Shown: in pieces, positions 54,544-64,000 of the stretch | Layout: each line of letters begins with the position of its first letter | Numbering within the stretch: position 1 is the stretch's first letter | Assembly (NCBI GenBank): GCA_038065955.1 | Contig: JBBTPY010000001.1 | Coordinates: 92,061 to 156,060, forward strand | DNA from: Patescibacteria group bacterium | GTDB lineage: Bacteria > Patescibacteriota > Minisyncoccia > UBA6257 > UBA9933 | Direction: 5' to 3' | Length of the DNA stretch: 64,000 nt | Notes under the pieces: generated by a model | Database searches by the model: none | Told to the model about the DNA's origin: nothing | The model's input: only the letters and a program-made list of their open reading frames with translations | Program-made: the position numbers and the translations under genes

Positions 54544-56736
54544 TTATAATTTGATGGATAATAACTTTGACGTGCCGTCTTCGTTCATCGTTACGCCGTA
54601 CAGAACATTGGCGGCTTCCATTACCGTCCGGTTATGAGTAACGATAATAAACTGCGTCTGATTGGAAAAATCTTTTATTAAATTGGAAAAACGCCGAGAA
54701 TTTTTTTCGTCCAAAGCGGCGTCAATTTCATCTAAAACCAGAAACGGCGGTGGACTGACGGCAATCAAAGCAAAAAGCGCGGCAATGGAAATCAAACTTT
54801 TTTCGCCGCCAGAAAGCGCCTCTAAATCGATTATTTTCTTTTTCGGCAGATTAACTTCAATCTCAATGCCGGATTTTTCTTCCGTTTTTTCTTCTTGTTC
54901 TTTAATTTCGAATTTATTATTATTTTCCACAATTTCTTCGTTGTCGTCGGTTGTCGGTCGTCGGTCGTAAGTTTTTAATTTTAGTTTCGCGCCGCCGCCT
55001 TCAAACATCAACCGGAAGAAATAATTAAACTTTTCATTGATTAAATGAAGGGCGTTTTTGAATTCCAAATGAATTTTTTCCTTGAGCTCGCGAATTATAA
55101 TTTTAAGGTCTTGAACCGCTTTTCCTAAATCTTCAACCTGTAAAGATAAAAAATTATAATGATTTTCCGTTTCCTTAGCTTCTTTAATCAAGGCGCCGTC
55201 AATCTCGCCGATGCTTGCCAATTCTCCGCGAAGTTTCAGCATCCGCCTTTCGGTCTCGTCCATTTTTAAAGCGCCGAAATCCGCCGAAGATTGAAAGCCG
55301 CCCGCCTGCTGACGAGGCAAAGAAGAAAATTCTTTCAAATTTCTGCTCGCTTGGAGCAATTGGCCTTCCAAATCATGAAGCCTTAAATCTATTCTTTCTT
55401 TCGCGAATAAAAGTTTCTGTTTTAAATTTTCCAAACCGGAAATTTCGTCTTTTTTCTTTTCCAGCTCTTCAAAGGCTTTTTGAAAAGAACTGTTAAATTC
55501 TTCCAATTCTACCGTAATTCGCGATTCTTCATCGCCTAATTCTTGAAGCTCCGCCTCAATAACGCTAATTTCCTTAATCAAAGTGTTTTTTGATTTTTCC
55601 AATTCATTTATTTCCAACGACTTTTTATTAAGCGGCTGATTAAAAAAATCGCCGATTTTTAACATTAATTCCTTAATTATGGCGGCCGCTTTGTTAAAAT
55701 CGGCGGACGCCAGACATTTTTCAAGACCGTCTTTGACGCCCCTAAGAATAACAAGCGCTTCCCTATTTTCAAAAGCGTCATCGGAAATCGCCACGGCGCT
55801 TAAAATTTCCAATTTCGCCTCAAACCGGCTCAATTCTTTCTGAATTTTCAACTGCTTAGCCAATAAATCATTTTTAAGATTCCTGATTTCGTTAAGATTA
55901 TGGCGTTTTGAACCGCTTTCTATTTTTTTAACTTCGTTTTCCAGAATTTTAAGCTCGTCGGCGGCGATAATAATTTTCTTTTCCAATTCTTCAAATTGAG
56001 GAGCAGTTGTTTTTCTTTCATCTAAAATTTCGCCGACTTTAAAAGAAAAATATCCGTCTTCCAATTCTTTTAATTCTTTTTCCACTTCAGCCCGCTTTTC
56101 AAATTTGGCGGTTTGGCGTTTTAATAATCTAAGCCGGGGAAGAACTTCCTCAGTCATCGCTTTAACTTTTTCCAAATTAACCAGAGTGTTTTCCAATTTT
56201 CGCTCGGCTTCCGATTTTTTCAACTGAAATTCCCTTAACCCCAGAATCTCCTCAATCATCGCCTTTCTTTCTTCGGCCGAAGCCCTTACAAATAAATCGC
56301 TGGAACCCTGATTGATAATCGTCAAACCCTTGGTGCCTAATCGGGCGCGGGCGAAAAAATCAACAATATCTTTCAGCCTTACTTCCGATTTATTTAAAAA
56401 ATATTGAGAAACGCCATCGCGCGCCAGCCGGCGCGAAATAACAACTTCTTTAAACTCAACAGGGAAAAATCCCGAAGAATTGTCAAAAGTAAGCCCGACC
56501 GAAGCCATTCCAAGACGCGATTTTTTCGGTGTGCCGGCGAAAATAAGATTTTCGCTTTTAGATCCTCTTAAATTTTTAGATTCCCGCTCCCCTAAAAGCC
56601 AGCGAATTCCGTCAATAATATTTGATTTCCCGCTTCCATTCGGGCCGACAATGGCGGTAATGCCATCGGGAAATTCCAAAATCGTTTTTGAAGCGAAAGA
56701 TTTGAAACCGTTAAGTTCAAGGGATTTTAAAAACAT
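54544..56736 (-). CDS. smc: SMC-family chromosome segregation ATPase (reduced, ~730 aa)
   Basis: N-terminal Walker A FPDGITAIVGPNGSGKSNI, long coiled-coil, C-terminal LSGGEKSLISIAALFAL signature and Walker B LVLDEIDAALD; start probably MFLKSLELNGFKSF; in-frame gtcggtcg repeat insert at 54938-54968. Confidence 0.8.
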   Translation of the reverse strand: MFLKSLELNGFKSFASKTILEFPDGITAIVGPNGSGKSNIIDGIRWLLGERESKNLRGSKSENLIFAGTPKKSRLGMASVGLTFDNSSGFFPVEFKEVVISRRLARDGVSQYFLNKSEVRLKDIVDFFARARLGTKGLTIINQGSSDLFVRASAEERKAMIEEILGLREFQLKKSEAERKLENTLVNLEKVKAMTEEVLPRLRLLKRQTAKFEKRAEVEKELKELEDGYFSFKVGEILDERKTTAPQFEELEKKIIIAADELKILENEVKKIESGSKRHNLNEIRNLKNDLLAKQLKIQKELSRFEAKLEILSAVAISDDAFENREALVILRGVKDGLEKCLASADFNKAAAIIKELMLKIGDFFNQPLNKKSLEINELEKSKNTLIKEISVIEAELQELGDEESRITVELEEFNSSFQKAFEELEKKKDEISGLENLKQKLLFAKERIDLRLHDLEGQLLQASRNLKEFSSLPRQQAGGFQSSADFGALKMDETERRMLKLRGELASIGEIDGALIKEAKETENHYNFLSLQVEDLGKAVQDLKIIIRELKEKIHLEFKNALHLINEKFNYFFRLMFEGGGAKLKLKTYDRRPTTDDNEEIVENNNKFEIKEQEEKTEEKSGIEIEVNLPKKKIIDLEALSGGEKSLISIAALFALIAVSPPPFLVLDEIDAALDEKNSRRFSNLIKDFSNQTQFIIVTHNRTVMEAANVLYGVTMNEDGTSKLLSIKL

Positions 56737-57406
56737 ATAGCGCTTTTTTCGCCGCTTCAACTTCGGCTTCTTGTTTGGAAAGGCCTTCGCCTTCGGCGGC
56801 TAAATTTCCGTTAAAATAAACGCCGACTTTAAATATCTTGGCATGGTCGGGACCGCGCTCGGAAAGCACTGAATAAGTCGGCGTACATTTAAATTTTTCC
56901 TGAATAATTTCCTGAAGAAGGCTTTTTGGGTCTCTATAAAGTTTTTTCTCCATCACCTCATCCGTCCGCGCCATCACAAAACGAACTATGAAATTTTTAG
57001 CGGCTTCATAACCGGAGTCGAGATAAATAGCGCCGAACAAAGCTTCAAAAGCGTTGGCGGAAATCACTTCTCTGGCCTTGCCGGTATCTTTTGACTCTCC
57101 CCGAGAAAGTAAAATATATTCGTTTAAATTAACGTCTTTTGAAACTTCCGCCAGCATTTGATAATTTACCAAAGCCGCCCGAATACCGGTGAGCTCTCCT
57201 TCGCTTAAATCCGGAAAACGGCTGAAAAGATTTTCTGTCGCCGCCAATTCCAAAACCGCGTCGCCCAAAAATTCCAGCCGTTCATTATGAGGAACACCCC
57301 ATGAAGGATTTTCATTAAGATAAGAACGATGAGTTAAAGCTTCTTTAAGAAGATTCTTATTTTTAAATTCAACGCCGAGTTTTTTTTCCAATAAAGATAA
57401 ATCCAC
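56717..57406 (-). CDS. rnc: Ribonuclease III
   Basis: ERLEFLGDAVLEL RNase III signature plus C-terminal dsRBD. Confidence 0.9.
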   Translation of the reverse strand: MDLSLLEKKLGVEFKNKNLLKEALTHRSYLNENPSWGVPHNERLEFLGDAVLELAATENLFSRFPDLSEGELTGIRAALVNYQMLAEVSKDVNLNEYILLSRGESKDTGKAREVISANAFEALFGAIYLDSGYEAAKNFIVRFVMARTDEVMEKKLYRDPKSLLQEIIQEKFKCTPTYSVLSERGPDHAKIFKVGVYFNGNLAAEGEGLSKQEAEVEAAKKALYVFKIP

Positions 57407-57490
57407 TAAATTTAGGATTTAGGATTTAGGATTTAGGATTTAGGACAATTTAAATCACCCTAAATTCTAAATTCTATATTCTAAATTTTA
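57401..57490. repeat. Inverted arrays of a 7-bp repeat (ggattta x4 / taaattc x4) forming a long imperfect palindrome between rnc and nusB
   Basis: aaatttaggatttaggatttaggatttaggatttaggacaatttaaatcaccctaaattctaaattctatattctaaatttta. Confidence 0.7.
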
Positions 57491-57910
57491 TTTATTTTCC
57501 ATTTCCTTATACACCGTTCCCAAAACGCCGTTGATAAATTTTCGGGAATTGGCGCCGCCGAAATTTTTCGCCAATTCAATAGCTTCGTTAATAGCCACTT
57601 TTTCCGGCACTTCATTTTTATCGGCGTATAATAATTCATAAATCCCTATTCGCAACACATTTCTGTCAACGATTGAAATCTGGCTAAGCGGCCACTGGGG
57701 GGCGGCCTGCGTTATAATTTTATCCAAAGAATCAAGATTCTCCGTTACTCCCTTAACAATCCGCCAGACAAATTCCGGCTCATTGATGCCGGCGCCAAAT
57801 TCTTCTATGTTGCGCTCAACAATCTCGGTCAAATCAGGTTTTTTATTGTAAAAGTCCCATTCGTAAAGAGATTGAAGAACGATTGAACGAGCTAAATGCC
57901 GTGTAGCCAT
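57488..57910 (-). CDS. nusB: Transcription antitermination factor NusB
   Basis: 140 aa; [17 protein letters not shown] ... all-helical NusB fold pattern. Confidence 0.85.
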   Translation of the reverse strand: MATRHLARSIVLQSLYEWDFYNKKPDLTEIVERNIEEFGAGINEPEFVWRIVKGVTENLDSLDKIITQAAPQWPLSQISIVDRNVLRIGIYELLYADKNEVPEKVAINEAIELAKNFGGANSRKFINGVLGTVYKEMENK

Positions 57911-57911
57911 T

Positions 57912-58106
57912 TTATTTCTTCACTCTCAATTTCGGTTCTTTAACTATCCTTCCTTTATAATTTCCGCACTGACCGCACATTTTATGCGGCAAAACCGGCG
58001 ACTGACAATTCGCGCAAGCGAAAATACCTGACGGTTTCAACGCCAAATGAGACCTTCTGCGGCCGACTTTTGATTTAGTATGATGTTTTACCGGTACGCC
58101 TCCCAT
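57912..58106 (-). CDS. rpmF: 50S ribosomal protein L32 (zinc-ribbon type)
   Basis: 64 aa; [14 protein letters not shown] ... CANCQSP...CGQCG, bL32-like with four Cys. Confidence 0.7.
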   Translation of the reverse strand: MGGVPVKHHTKSKVGRRRSHLALKPSGIFACANCQSPVLPHKMCGQCGNYKGRIVKEPKLRVKK

Positions 58107-58173
58107 TGTTTAGTGATTAGTAAATAGTGATTAGTAATTAGTATTTAGGATTTTTGGAAAAAAGTCAATAAAT

Positions 58174-58761
58174 TTATTTTTTCCAATCTCCGGAATTAAA
58201 TCTATTATTCCCTTGCCTATGCCATTCGTGCGGGTCAGAATCAAGCAATTCTTTCCATAATTTTTTGGCGGATTCCGTATAAAGCTTGCTGTTTCCGACA
58301 TGTTCCCTAATTTCCTTAAATGTACTGCCGATAGTATTACCTTTGGAAAACTGCTCTTTTAATTCAAAATCAACGTCCAAATTATCCGCGTCCTTGATTA
58401 TTTTCGCCTCCAGCGTTTCTTTCTTATCGCATTCTTTCCATAATTCAATAAATTCTTTTTCTATCGCCGTATTTTTTAAAATATCGCCGATGGCATTTGA
58501 CTCTTTTCTTTCGGTATATTGTCTTGACAGATAATTTACGTCTCCGGTCCGGCTTTCTGCGATATCATGGACTAAAGCCATTTTTAACAATTTCCCGATA
58601 TCTTTCACACCTTCGCGTTCCGCTAAAATTATGGCTATCCAAGCGACCCTTAAAGTATGTTCAGAAACATTCGCGAAATCGGCATTCAAAAAATGCCTCC
58701 ATGTTCTTGGTATAAATCGCAAACAACCAATTTCATAAAGAAAATTTATATCTTTTTTCAT
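58174..58761 (-). CDS. HD-domain phosphohydrolase (YfbR-like 5'-deoxynucleotidase family)
   Basis: HTLRVAWIAIILAE...LVHDIAESRTGD metal-binding H..HD..D motifs. Confidence 0.75.
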   Translation of the reverse strand: MKKDINFLYEIGCLRFIPRTWRHFLNADFANVSEHTLRVAWIAIILAEREGVKDIGKLLKMALVHDIAESRTGDVNYLSRQYTERKESNAIGDILKNTAIEKEFIELWKECDKKETLEAKIIKDADNLDVDFELKEQFSKGNTIGSTFKEIREHVGNSKLYTESAKKLWKELLDSDPHEWHRQGNNRFNSGDWKK

Positions 58762-58845
58762 ATTATCATTATAATATATAATATAAAATTCATAAAATAA
58801 AAAGGCGCCGCGGGATTTCTCCTTTGGCGCCGAGTTTTTTGTTTT

Positions 58846-59673
58846 TTATCTGTTTAAAAGAATTTCTTCGTTTTTCTTTAATTGATTTAAAACAATATGC
58901 CAGCCGTGTTCATACACGTGAACGTCTTTGCCCGAAACAATCATCGGCCCGTCTTCCAGCCCCAAAACGTCTTTCATATATTCTTTGAGCAATTGGAATC
59001 CGCCGACATTCTCCGGAAAGCCGTCCCTGAGATCCCATGAACGGAAATATATCCAAAAGTGCAATTTACCGTTTTCTACCCAACAGTCAATACTGCGAAG
59101 ACATTGAGAACTCACTTGGACTTGCTCATTTTTATTCCATACATTCGTTATATATCTTGACCATAAAGGCTTCCCCGTATTGCGATCCGTAACCAAAATC
59201 ATTTCATGAAGATCAACTTCCCTATTGTAATGGAATAAAGATTCCGGCCGCCCGACAATCATATGACCGCATGCCGATCCAAAACCATGTTTTTTAAAAT
59301 AAGCTATTACTTCTTCCACTTGCCACCAAAGGTCCTGTCCGTAAGTATAATGCTGGTCAGGCGCGACATCTGGAGTTATTAATGATTCAAAATATTTATA
59401 AATCTTTTCTTCCGTGGTCGGCGGCGGAATCCCCGAACCCTCTGGAATATAAACAGCTAAATCTCTGATCCATGGTTTATGAATTTCAATTACCAAAGGC
59501 AATGTTAACCGATGCTGCCCTTCAAAACTTCCGGCTTCAACTTTATATTTTCTTCCATCCGTTATCACTTTGTCGAGAGCCACGTACCAGCAATAACTGA
59601 TACTGGAACCAACAATATGATGAACCATCGGCGTAAAACCCGGTTCAATCAATAAACGATTATTTTCTTTCAT
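58846..59673 (-). CDS. Thymidylate synthase family protein (ThyA / dNMP hydroxymethylase-like), divergent
   Basis: C-terminal half aligns with the ThyA core: RYITNVWN (cf. RRIIVSAWN), SSQCLRSIDCWVENGKLHFWIYFRSWDLRDGFPENVGGFQLL (cf. [42 protein letters not shown]) with catalytic Cys, and GKDVHVYEH (cf. GDTHLYSNH); N-terminal half divergent. Confidence 0.5.
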   Translation of the reverse strand: MKENNRLLIEPGFTPMVHHIVGSSISYCWYVALDKVITDGRKYKVEAGSFEGQHRLTLPLVIEIHKPWIRDLAVYIPEGSGIPPPTTEEKIYKYFESLITPDVAPDQHYTYGQDLWWQVEEVIAYFKKHGFGSACGHMIVGRPESLFHYNREVDLHEMILVTDRNTGKPLWSRYITNVWNKNEQVQVSSQCLRSIDCWVENGKLHFWIYFRSWDLRDGFPENVGGFQLLKEYMKDVLGLEDGPMIVSGKDVHVYEHGWHIVLNQLKKNEEILLNR

Positions 59674-59784
59674 AATTCACCTCCTATTTAATTTTAAATT
59701 TAATTCTATAAATTAGAATAGAATAAAACAAAATTTTGTCAATCATTGAAAAATATAAATAAATTTACGATACTTAAAATTAAT

Positions 59785-60231
59785 ATGAATAAAAATCGGA
59801 AAATATTCGTTAATCCCCGATTTGCCAGAAAAGGAGAATACAAGAAAGTAATTCAAAGTATCGTCGCCGACGGGAAATGTCCTTTTTGCCCGGAAAATTT
59901 TAAATACCACAAAAATCCGATTATTAAAAAAACTAAAAATTGGTTTATAACCAAATCAAGTTGGCCGTATAAAAACACAAAATATCACTTTTTGATAATC
60001 GGCAAAAAACACAAAGAAAAATTCAAAGATTTAACTTTAAAAGACTTCAAAGAAATAAAAAATCTTGCCGGCTGGACGATTAAAAAATTCAAAATAAAAG
60101 GCGGCGGTTTAACTCTCCGTTTTGGCGATACTAATCATACTGGGTCAACGGTAAATCATCTTCATTTTCATCTTATTATTCCAAAGTTAAAATCAAGAAA
60201 ATCTTTGCCGGTAAATTTTCCAATCGGATAA
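59785..60231 (+). CDS. HIT-family (histidine triad) nucleotide hydrolase/transferase with zinc-binding CPFC
   Basis: HLHFHLIIP histidine triad (HxHxHxx) and CPFCPENF; alternative longer start at 59746. Confidence 0.65.
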   Translation: MNKNRKIFVNPRFARKGEYKKVIQSIVADGKCPFCPENFKYHKNPIIKKTKNWFITKSSWPYKNTKYHFLIIGKKHKEKFKDLTLKDFKEIKNLAGWTIKKFKIKGGGLTLRFGDTNHTGSTVNHLHFHLIIPKLKSRKSLPVNFPIG

Positions 60232-60259
60232 GTTCATTAAAAAAAGCCCGGACACTTTT

Positions 60260-61117
60260 TCAAGCGCCGGGCAAATCTATCGGACAATAGATTATTTCCA
60301 CTTTCTTTGCTTTTAATATCTCTTCTCCATCTAAAGAGGCATGGCCAGAAGAAAAGAATAACCGTTTTATCCCCGCATTAGCCACCATATTGCTGCAAAT
60401 TGGGCAAGGAAAAACAGTTACATACAAATCTGTCCCTTTTAGCGATATTCCATCGCGAGCGGCGCCGGAAATTATGGCTTGTTCCGCATGAATAGCCGAA
60501 GAAAATTCGCTCATTTTTCCGGCCTCTATCACGTCTCGCGGGTCGCCATTAAAATAAGGAGCGTGTTCCGTTGGAAGATGCCTATTATACGCCAGAATAA
60601 CTTTTCCGTCTTTCACAAGCGCGGCTCCCACTTGCCTCCACCAATCGGAAGTTTTCTTAATCTCTCCCGCCGTTAAAGACATAAATTTCTTTGATATTGC
60701 GTCTTCAGCTTTACGATGATAATTAACGTCTTTTCTGGAAAATACCGATTTGGAGTCCCATCTTAAAAACGCGGTGTCAAAAGATATTTTTTCGCCCGGC
60801 AAATATTTTTCGGCGAATTTTCGGACAATTTCATCATTTACCAGAATTATTTCTTGTCTTTTTATCTTTTTTATTTCTGATAATGATTGCCGCGTCAAAA
60901 TCCTGTAAACGCGCCTTGCCCATCTCATTGGAACCAATACTTTCATCGCCTCAATTACATCGCAAGGCCGCAGTGCGCGAATATCGCGGATGTCGGAAAA
61001 TTCATTAACAAATTCTTCGCTTAAAATATACACCATATCAACTGTTTCCGCGTATTTCTTAAATACCGCCAAATAACCGGAATGAATAACCGGAATATGA
61101 GATATTAAAATTTTCAT
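60260..61117 (-). CDS. dCMP/cytidine deaminase domain protein with ~150-aa N-terminal extension
   Basis: C-terminal zinc-binding SAIHAEQAIISGAARDG...VTVFPCPICSNMVANAGIKRL (H-A-E ... PCxxC CDA-fold); N-terminal domain unassigned. Confidence 0.7.
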   Translation of the reverse strand: MKILISHIPVIHSGYLAVFKKYAETVDMVYILSEEFVNEFSDIRDIRALRPCDVIEAMKVLVPMRWARRVYRILTRQSLSEIKKIKRQEIILVNDEIVRKFAEKYLPGEKISFDTAFLRWDSKSVFSRKDVNYHRKAEDAISKKFMSLTAGEIKKTSDWWRQVGAALVKDGKVILAYNRHLPTEHAPYFNGDPRDVIEAGKMSEFSSAIHAEQAIISGAARDGISLKGTDLYVTVFPCPICSNMVANAGIKRLFFSSGHASLDGEEILKAKKVEIIYCPIDLPGA

Positions 61118-61677
61118 TTTAAATCCTCCGCCTTAAGCAATCCCAAATCTTTAAGTTGCTTAACCATCGGATTCAAAAATTCCCTCATAAACCGCCTAAT
61201 CATATTGGAAGTACTTGTTTCCGCTTGGCGCGGCAATATTTGCACCTCGTTGACGAATTTCTTAATATCTTCTATCTGTTCCGCTGAATAAGAATCTTCT
61301 ACCGTGACAAAAACATCGGGTTTTATAATTTTAAGCAACTCATACTGCCATTTTCCCTTATCGTCAACATCGTCAACCAATGTAACGATATCAACAAACG
61401 TAAAATAGCTAAGCATCTCCATTCTTTCTCTTTCTGGCACCATTGGCCTAAGCGGATCTTTGTATAATTTAATCGCTCTGTCACTATCCGTCCCCGCAAC
61501 TAATATATCCCCAAACTCTTTCGCTTTGCGCAAATAACGGCCGTGGCCGATATGCACCATATCCCATGAACCAATAGTGGCAACGATGCGCGCGCCCGCG
61601 AGTCTAAAACCCTCGGTTATTTTAGATAGAGCTTCCTGTCCAAGAATAACTTTCTTATTATGATCCCTAATAAACAT
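61114..61677 (-). CDS. Cytidylyltransferase-like nucleotidyltransferase (HxGH motif)
   Basis: VATIGSWDMVHIGHGRYL HIGH-type nucleotidyltransferase signature; overlaps the downstream deaminase gene by 4 bp (operon). Confidence 0.6.
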   Translation of the reverse strand: MFIRDHNKKVILGQEALSKITEGFRLAGARIVATIGSWDMVHIGHGRYLRKAKEFGDILVAGTDSDRAIKLYKDPLRPMVPERERMEMLSYFTFVDIVTLVDDVDDKGKWQYELLKIIKPDVFVTVEDSYSAEQIEDIKKFVNEVQILPRQAETSTSNMIRRFMREFLNPMVKQLKDLGLLKAEDLK

Positions 61678-61689
61678 AATCCCTCCTTT

Positions 61690-62067
61690 TTACTTTTCAC
61701 CCGTTATTTCGCAGATGACATTTTTGAATTCTTCCAAATTGAACGGCTTCAGAATAATTCTTTTTATGCCGATATTCCTTGTTTCTTCGTTTTCTTCCAT
61801 ATAATGGTTGGCCGTCATAAGAATAACGGGGATGTTCGGATAATTTTCTTTCACGAACTTAGCCACTTCAAAACCGTTTTTTCCGGGAGACATGTTATAA
61901 TCGGTAATCACAAGGTCTATTGCCCCGTTTTCATTTAAAATCAATTTCGTTCCTTCTCTGCCTTCCGACGCTTCAAATACCTCCAAATCTTGAAACCCCA
62001 TATCCTTGATTATTCTTTTAACAATAAGTCTGACATTTTCTTCATCATCAATCACTAAAATTTTCAT
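61690..62067 (-). CDS. Stand-alone response-regulator receiver (CheY-like) domain protein
   Basis: KILVIDDEENVRLIV...DLVITDYNMSPGKNGFEV...PVILMTAN: receiver Asp and T/K signature; no output domain. Confidence 0.8.
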   Translation of the reverse strand: MKILVIDDEENVRLIVKRIIKDMGFQDLEVFEASEGREGTKLILNENGAIDLVITDYNMSPGKNGFEVAKFVKENYPNIPVILMTANHYMEENEETRNIGIKRIILKPFNLEEFKNVICEITGEK

Positions 62068-62165
62068 ATCTTTTCCTCCTTTCATTCAAAATTTCTTATA
62101 AAATTGTTAATTTTAAGACTCTTTGCGAGTCTTTCCTGCTCAAACAAATAACACGGATTTTTATA

Positions 62166-62777
62166 TTAGGCAAGAGGGGTTTTAAAACTTCTTCTGTGAA
62201 TGGGCGAAGGGCCGTATTTTTTGAGCGCTATGGCGTGTTTTTTCACGCCATAGCCAACATTATGAATAAAATCGTATCGCGGATATTTTTTATGAAGTTT
62301 TTTCATCAACTTGTCGCGATGGACTTTGGCGACAATAGAAGAGAGAGAAATCGCCGGAATTTTTTCGTCGCCTCGTATTACACATCTAACATCTGACATT
62401 TGACATTTGACATTAAAACGCAAACCGCCGTCTAAAAATATTTTTACCTTAGTGGCTAAACCCAGGTGGCTATTGGCTAATTTTTTAAACGCGCGGCCGG
62501 CCGCTAAATTGGCGGCTTGAGAGATATTGATTTTATCAATGATTTTCGGCGAAACCGACGCGATTGCGTAAGGAATTTTTTGTTTTTTAATAAAATCAAA
62601 CCAAGCTTCGCGCTGTTTCGGCGAAAGCTTTTTTGAATCCCTTAATTTTAGTTTGGAGTTTGGAGTTTTGAGTTTAGAATTTGCCTGAATAGCCGCGGCG
62701 GCAACGGTTACCGGTCCGGCAAGCGCTCCCCGCCCAACTTCATCAATACCAATAATAAAACCCGCCCTACTCTTCAT
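62166..62777 (-). CDS. rnhB: Ribonuclease HII
   Basis: GIDEVGRGALAGPV catalytic motif; repeat-derived inserts ANSKLKTPNSKLKL (62648-62685) and octamers at 62387-62415. Confidence 0.85.
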   Translation of the reverse strand: MKSRAGFIIGIDEVGRGALAGPVTVAAAAIQANSKLKTPNSKLKLRDSKKLSPKQREAWFDFIKKQKIPYAIASVSPKIIDKINISQAANLAAGRAFKKLANSHLGLATKVKIFLDGGLRFNVKCQMSDVRCVIRGDEKIPAISLSSIVAKVHRDKLMKKLHKKYPRYDFIHNVGYGVKKHAIALKKYGPSPIHRRSFKTPLA

Positions 62778-63162
62778 TTATAATCTCCTGAACCTTTTTA
62801 ACCGTTATTTCCAAGTCTTCAAATTTTTTAAGATAACCGCTGGCGCCGAGATTTTTGGCAAAATGTTCATCAATACCCGCGCCGGCCATTGTCCCTCCTA
62901 AATTGGTCAAAAATACGGTTTTCGGTAATTTCCGGCCAAAACCTTTTTTAAGGCGCTCAAAAACTTCCAGTCCGTCAATTCCGGGCATTGAAATATCCAA
63001 AAGGATTAAATCCGGTTTTTCTTTAAAAACCTGTTTCAGAGATTCTTCGGGGTCAAAAAAACCTTTCACCTCAAAACCGGCATTTTTGAGCGCTGTTTCA
63101 AAAATACTCAAAAAGGAAGTTTCATCGTCAATAATTACTATTTTCTTTTTTTGATTATTCAT
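62767..63162 (-). CDS. Stand-alone response-regulator receiver (CheY-like) domain protein
   Basis: KIVIIDDETSFLSIF...DLILLDISMPGIDGLEVFERL; start probably MNNQKKK (the ORF-track start at 63225 would overlap fba). Confidence 0.8.
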   Translation of the reverse strand: MNNQKKKIVIIDDETSFLSIFETALKNAGFEVKGFFDPEESLKQVFKEKPDLILLDISMPGIDGLEVFERLKKGFGRKLPKTVFLTNLGGTMAGAGIDEHFAKNLGASGYLKKFEDLEITVKKVQEIINEE

Positions 63163-63187
63163 AAAATATAATCTATTATCAATATTT

Positions 63188-64000
63188 TCATATTTTATTA
63201 AACAATCGTAATCGAGAACCGGCAACTTTTTTTATTTCTTCAATAACCGTAAGGAGTAATTTATACGGCACAATTTCTTCGGGTTTTTCAGTTAAGGCTT
63301 TTTCAATGCCTTTTCGCCAGGCCAAACGAAGTTCGGTATTGATATGAATAATTGAAATTCCGGCGGCAATCGCTTTTTTGAAATCATCATCCGAAATACC
63401 GGAGCCGCCGTGAAGCACGAGGGGAACGCCGGCCGCTTTCCTTAATTCTCTGATTCTTTCAATATCAAGATTCGGCTGGGGAGCGTTTTTAAGCATACCG
63501 TGTAAATTGCCCACCGCCGGCGCCAATAAATCAATTCCGGTTTCTTTAATAAATTGCGCCGCTTCTTCCGGTTTCGTCAAATCTTCATTTTTTATCGTGG
63601 CCTCTTTCGGAATCTCTTTTAAAATAACGGAGCTGGAACCAAGATAACCGAGTTCAGCCTCTACTAAAATTTCCGGATTGACGGATTTAACATATTCAAC
63701 CACTTCCTTTGTTTTTTTAATATTTTCTTCAATGAGCAATTTTCCGCCGTCAAAAAGCACGGCGTCAAAACCGGCTTCAACCGCCTCTTTTATTTTTTCG
63801 AAAGAATGAGTGTGGTCGGCGTTCAAAAAAATCGGATAATTAAATTCTTCTCTTATACTTTTAACGGCGTCTGCTATTCGTTTTGTCCCGATAAATTCGC
63901 GTTCTCCTTCGGAAACGCCGATAATTATCGGCAATTTTAACTCTTGAGCCGCCTGAAAAATTCCTTTCAGCGCCGCGCACTCGGAAACATTAAAATGGCC
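63188..64000 (-). CDS. fba: Class II fructose-bisphosphate aldolase, C-terminal ~270 aa; N-terminus beyond window end
   Basis: ...LHGGSGISDDDFKKAIAAGISIIHINTELR and HFNVSECAALKG upstream of the listed ORF; the reading frame continues to position 64000. Confidence 0.85.
   Translation of the reverse strand, partial: GHFNVSECAALKGIFQAAQELKLPIIIGVSEGEREFIGTKRIADAVKSIREEFNYPIFLNADHTHSFEKIKEAVEAGFDAVLFDGGKLLIEENIKKTKEVVEYVKSVNPEILVEAELGYLGSSSVILKEIPKEATIKNEDLTKPEEAAQFIKETGIDLLAPAVGNLHGMLKNAPQPNLDIERIRELRKAAGVPLVLHGGSGISDDDFKKAIAAGISIIHINTELRLAWRKGIEKALTEKPEEIVPYKLLLTVIEEIKKVAGSRLRLFNKI

Overview
This window is a low-GC (~36-38%) reduced bacterial genome segment with a CPR/Patescibacteria-like gene set and frequent TTG starts. 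It is dense in housekeeping genes. These include the str operon (rpsL-rpsG-fusA) followed by rplM-rpsI and rplK, the infC-rpmI-rplT operon, and the tRNA synthetases ileS and argS. Other conserved genes are gatB, miaA, recG, cca, rny, eno, gpmI, ppsA, smpB, nusA, nusB, rnc, trmD, rpsP, rplS, rpmB, rpmF, clpP and a Clp ATPase. There are at least 12 tRNA genes, including a compact minus-strand array (Pro, Ala, Ala and a truncated tRNA fragment) and a plus-strand Arg-Lys-Gly trio. Three GC-rich intergenic blocks (about 1935-2525, 41145-41545 and 43030-43390, the last next to smpB) look like structured ncRNAs. RNase P RNA and tmRNA are the obvious candidates, but I could not fix their identity by eye. 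The most unusual property is that many conserved genes carry short in-frame tandem-repeat insertions. These are GC-rich 24-bp palindromic units, 8-bp-period TGACATTT/TGACACCT arrays, and CCTGCCTGCCGG palindromes. They add peptide loops without breaking the reading frame, in the manner of Rickettsia RPEs. Other accessory-like items are listed below. IleS carries an embedded histidine-phosphatase (RHG) domain. A giant type-IV-pilin-N-terminal protein has tail-fibre-like repeats. A 40-bp perfect palindrome is present three times, twice flanking a PaaX-like (Cas2-fold) regulator gene. A two-gene hypothetical cassette sits behind a 38-bp operator-like palindrome. A Cys-rich 75-aa peptide gene lies next to the tRNA array. 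A 51-aa GH1 beta-glucosidase N-terminal remnant sits between the glycerate kinase and MazG-like genes. A divergent ThyA-family protein lies in a nucleotide-metabolism cluster. No CRISPR array and no rRNA gene is present in this window.
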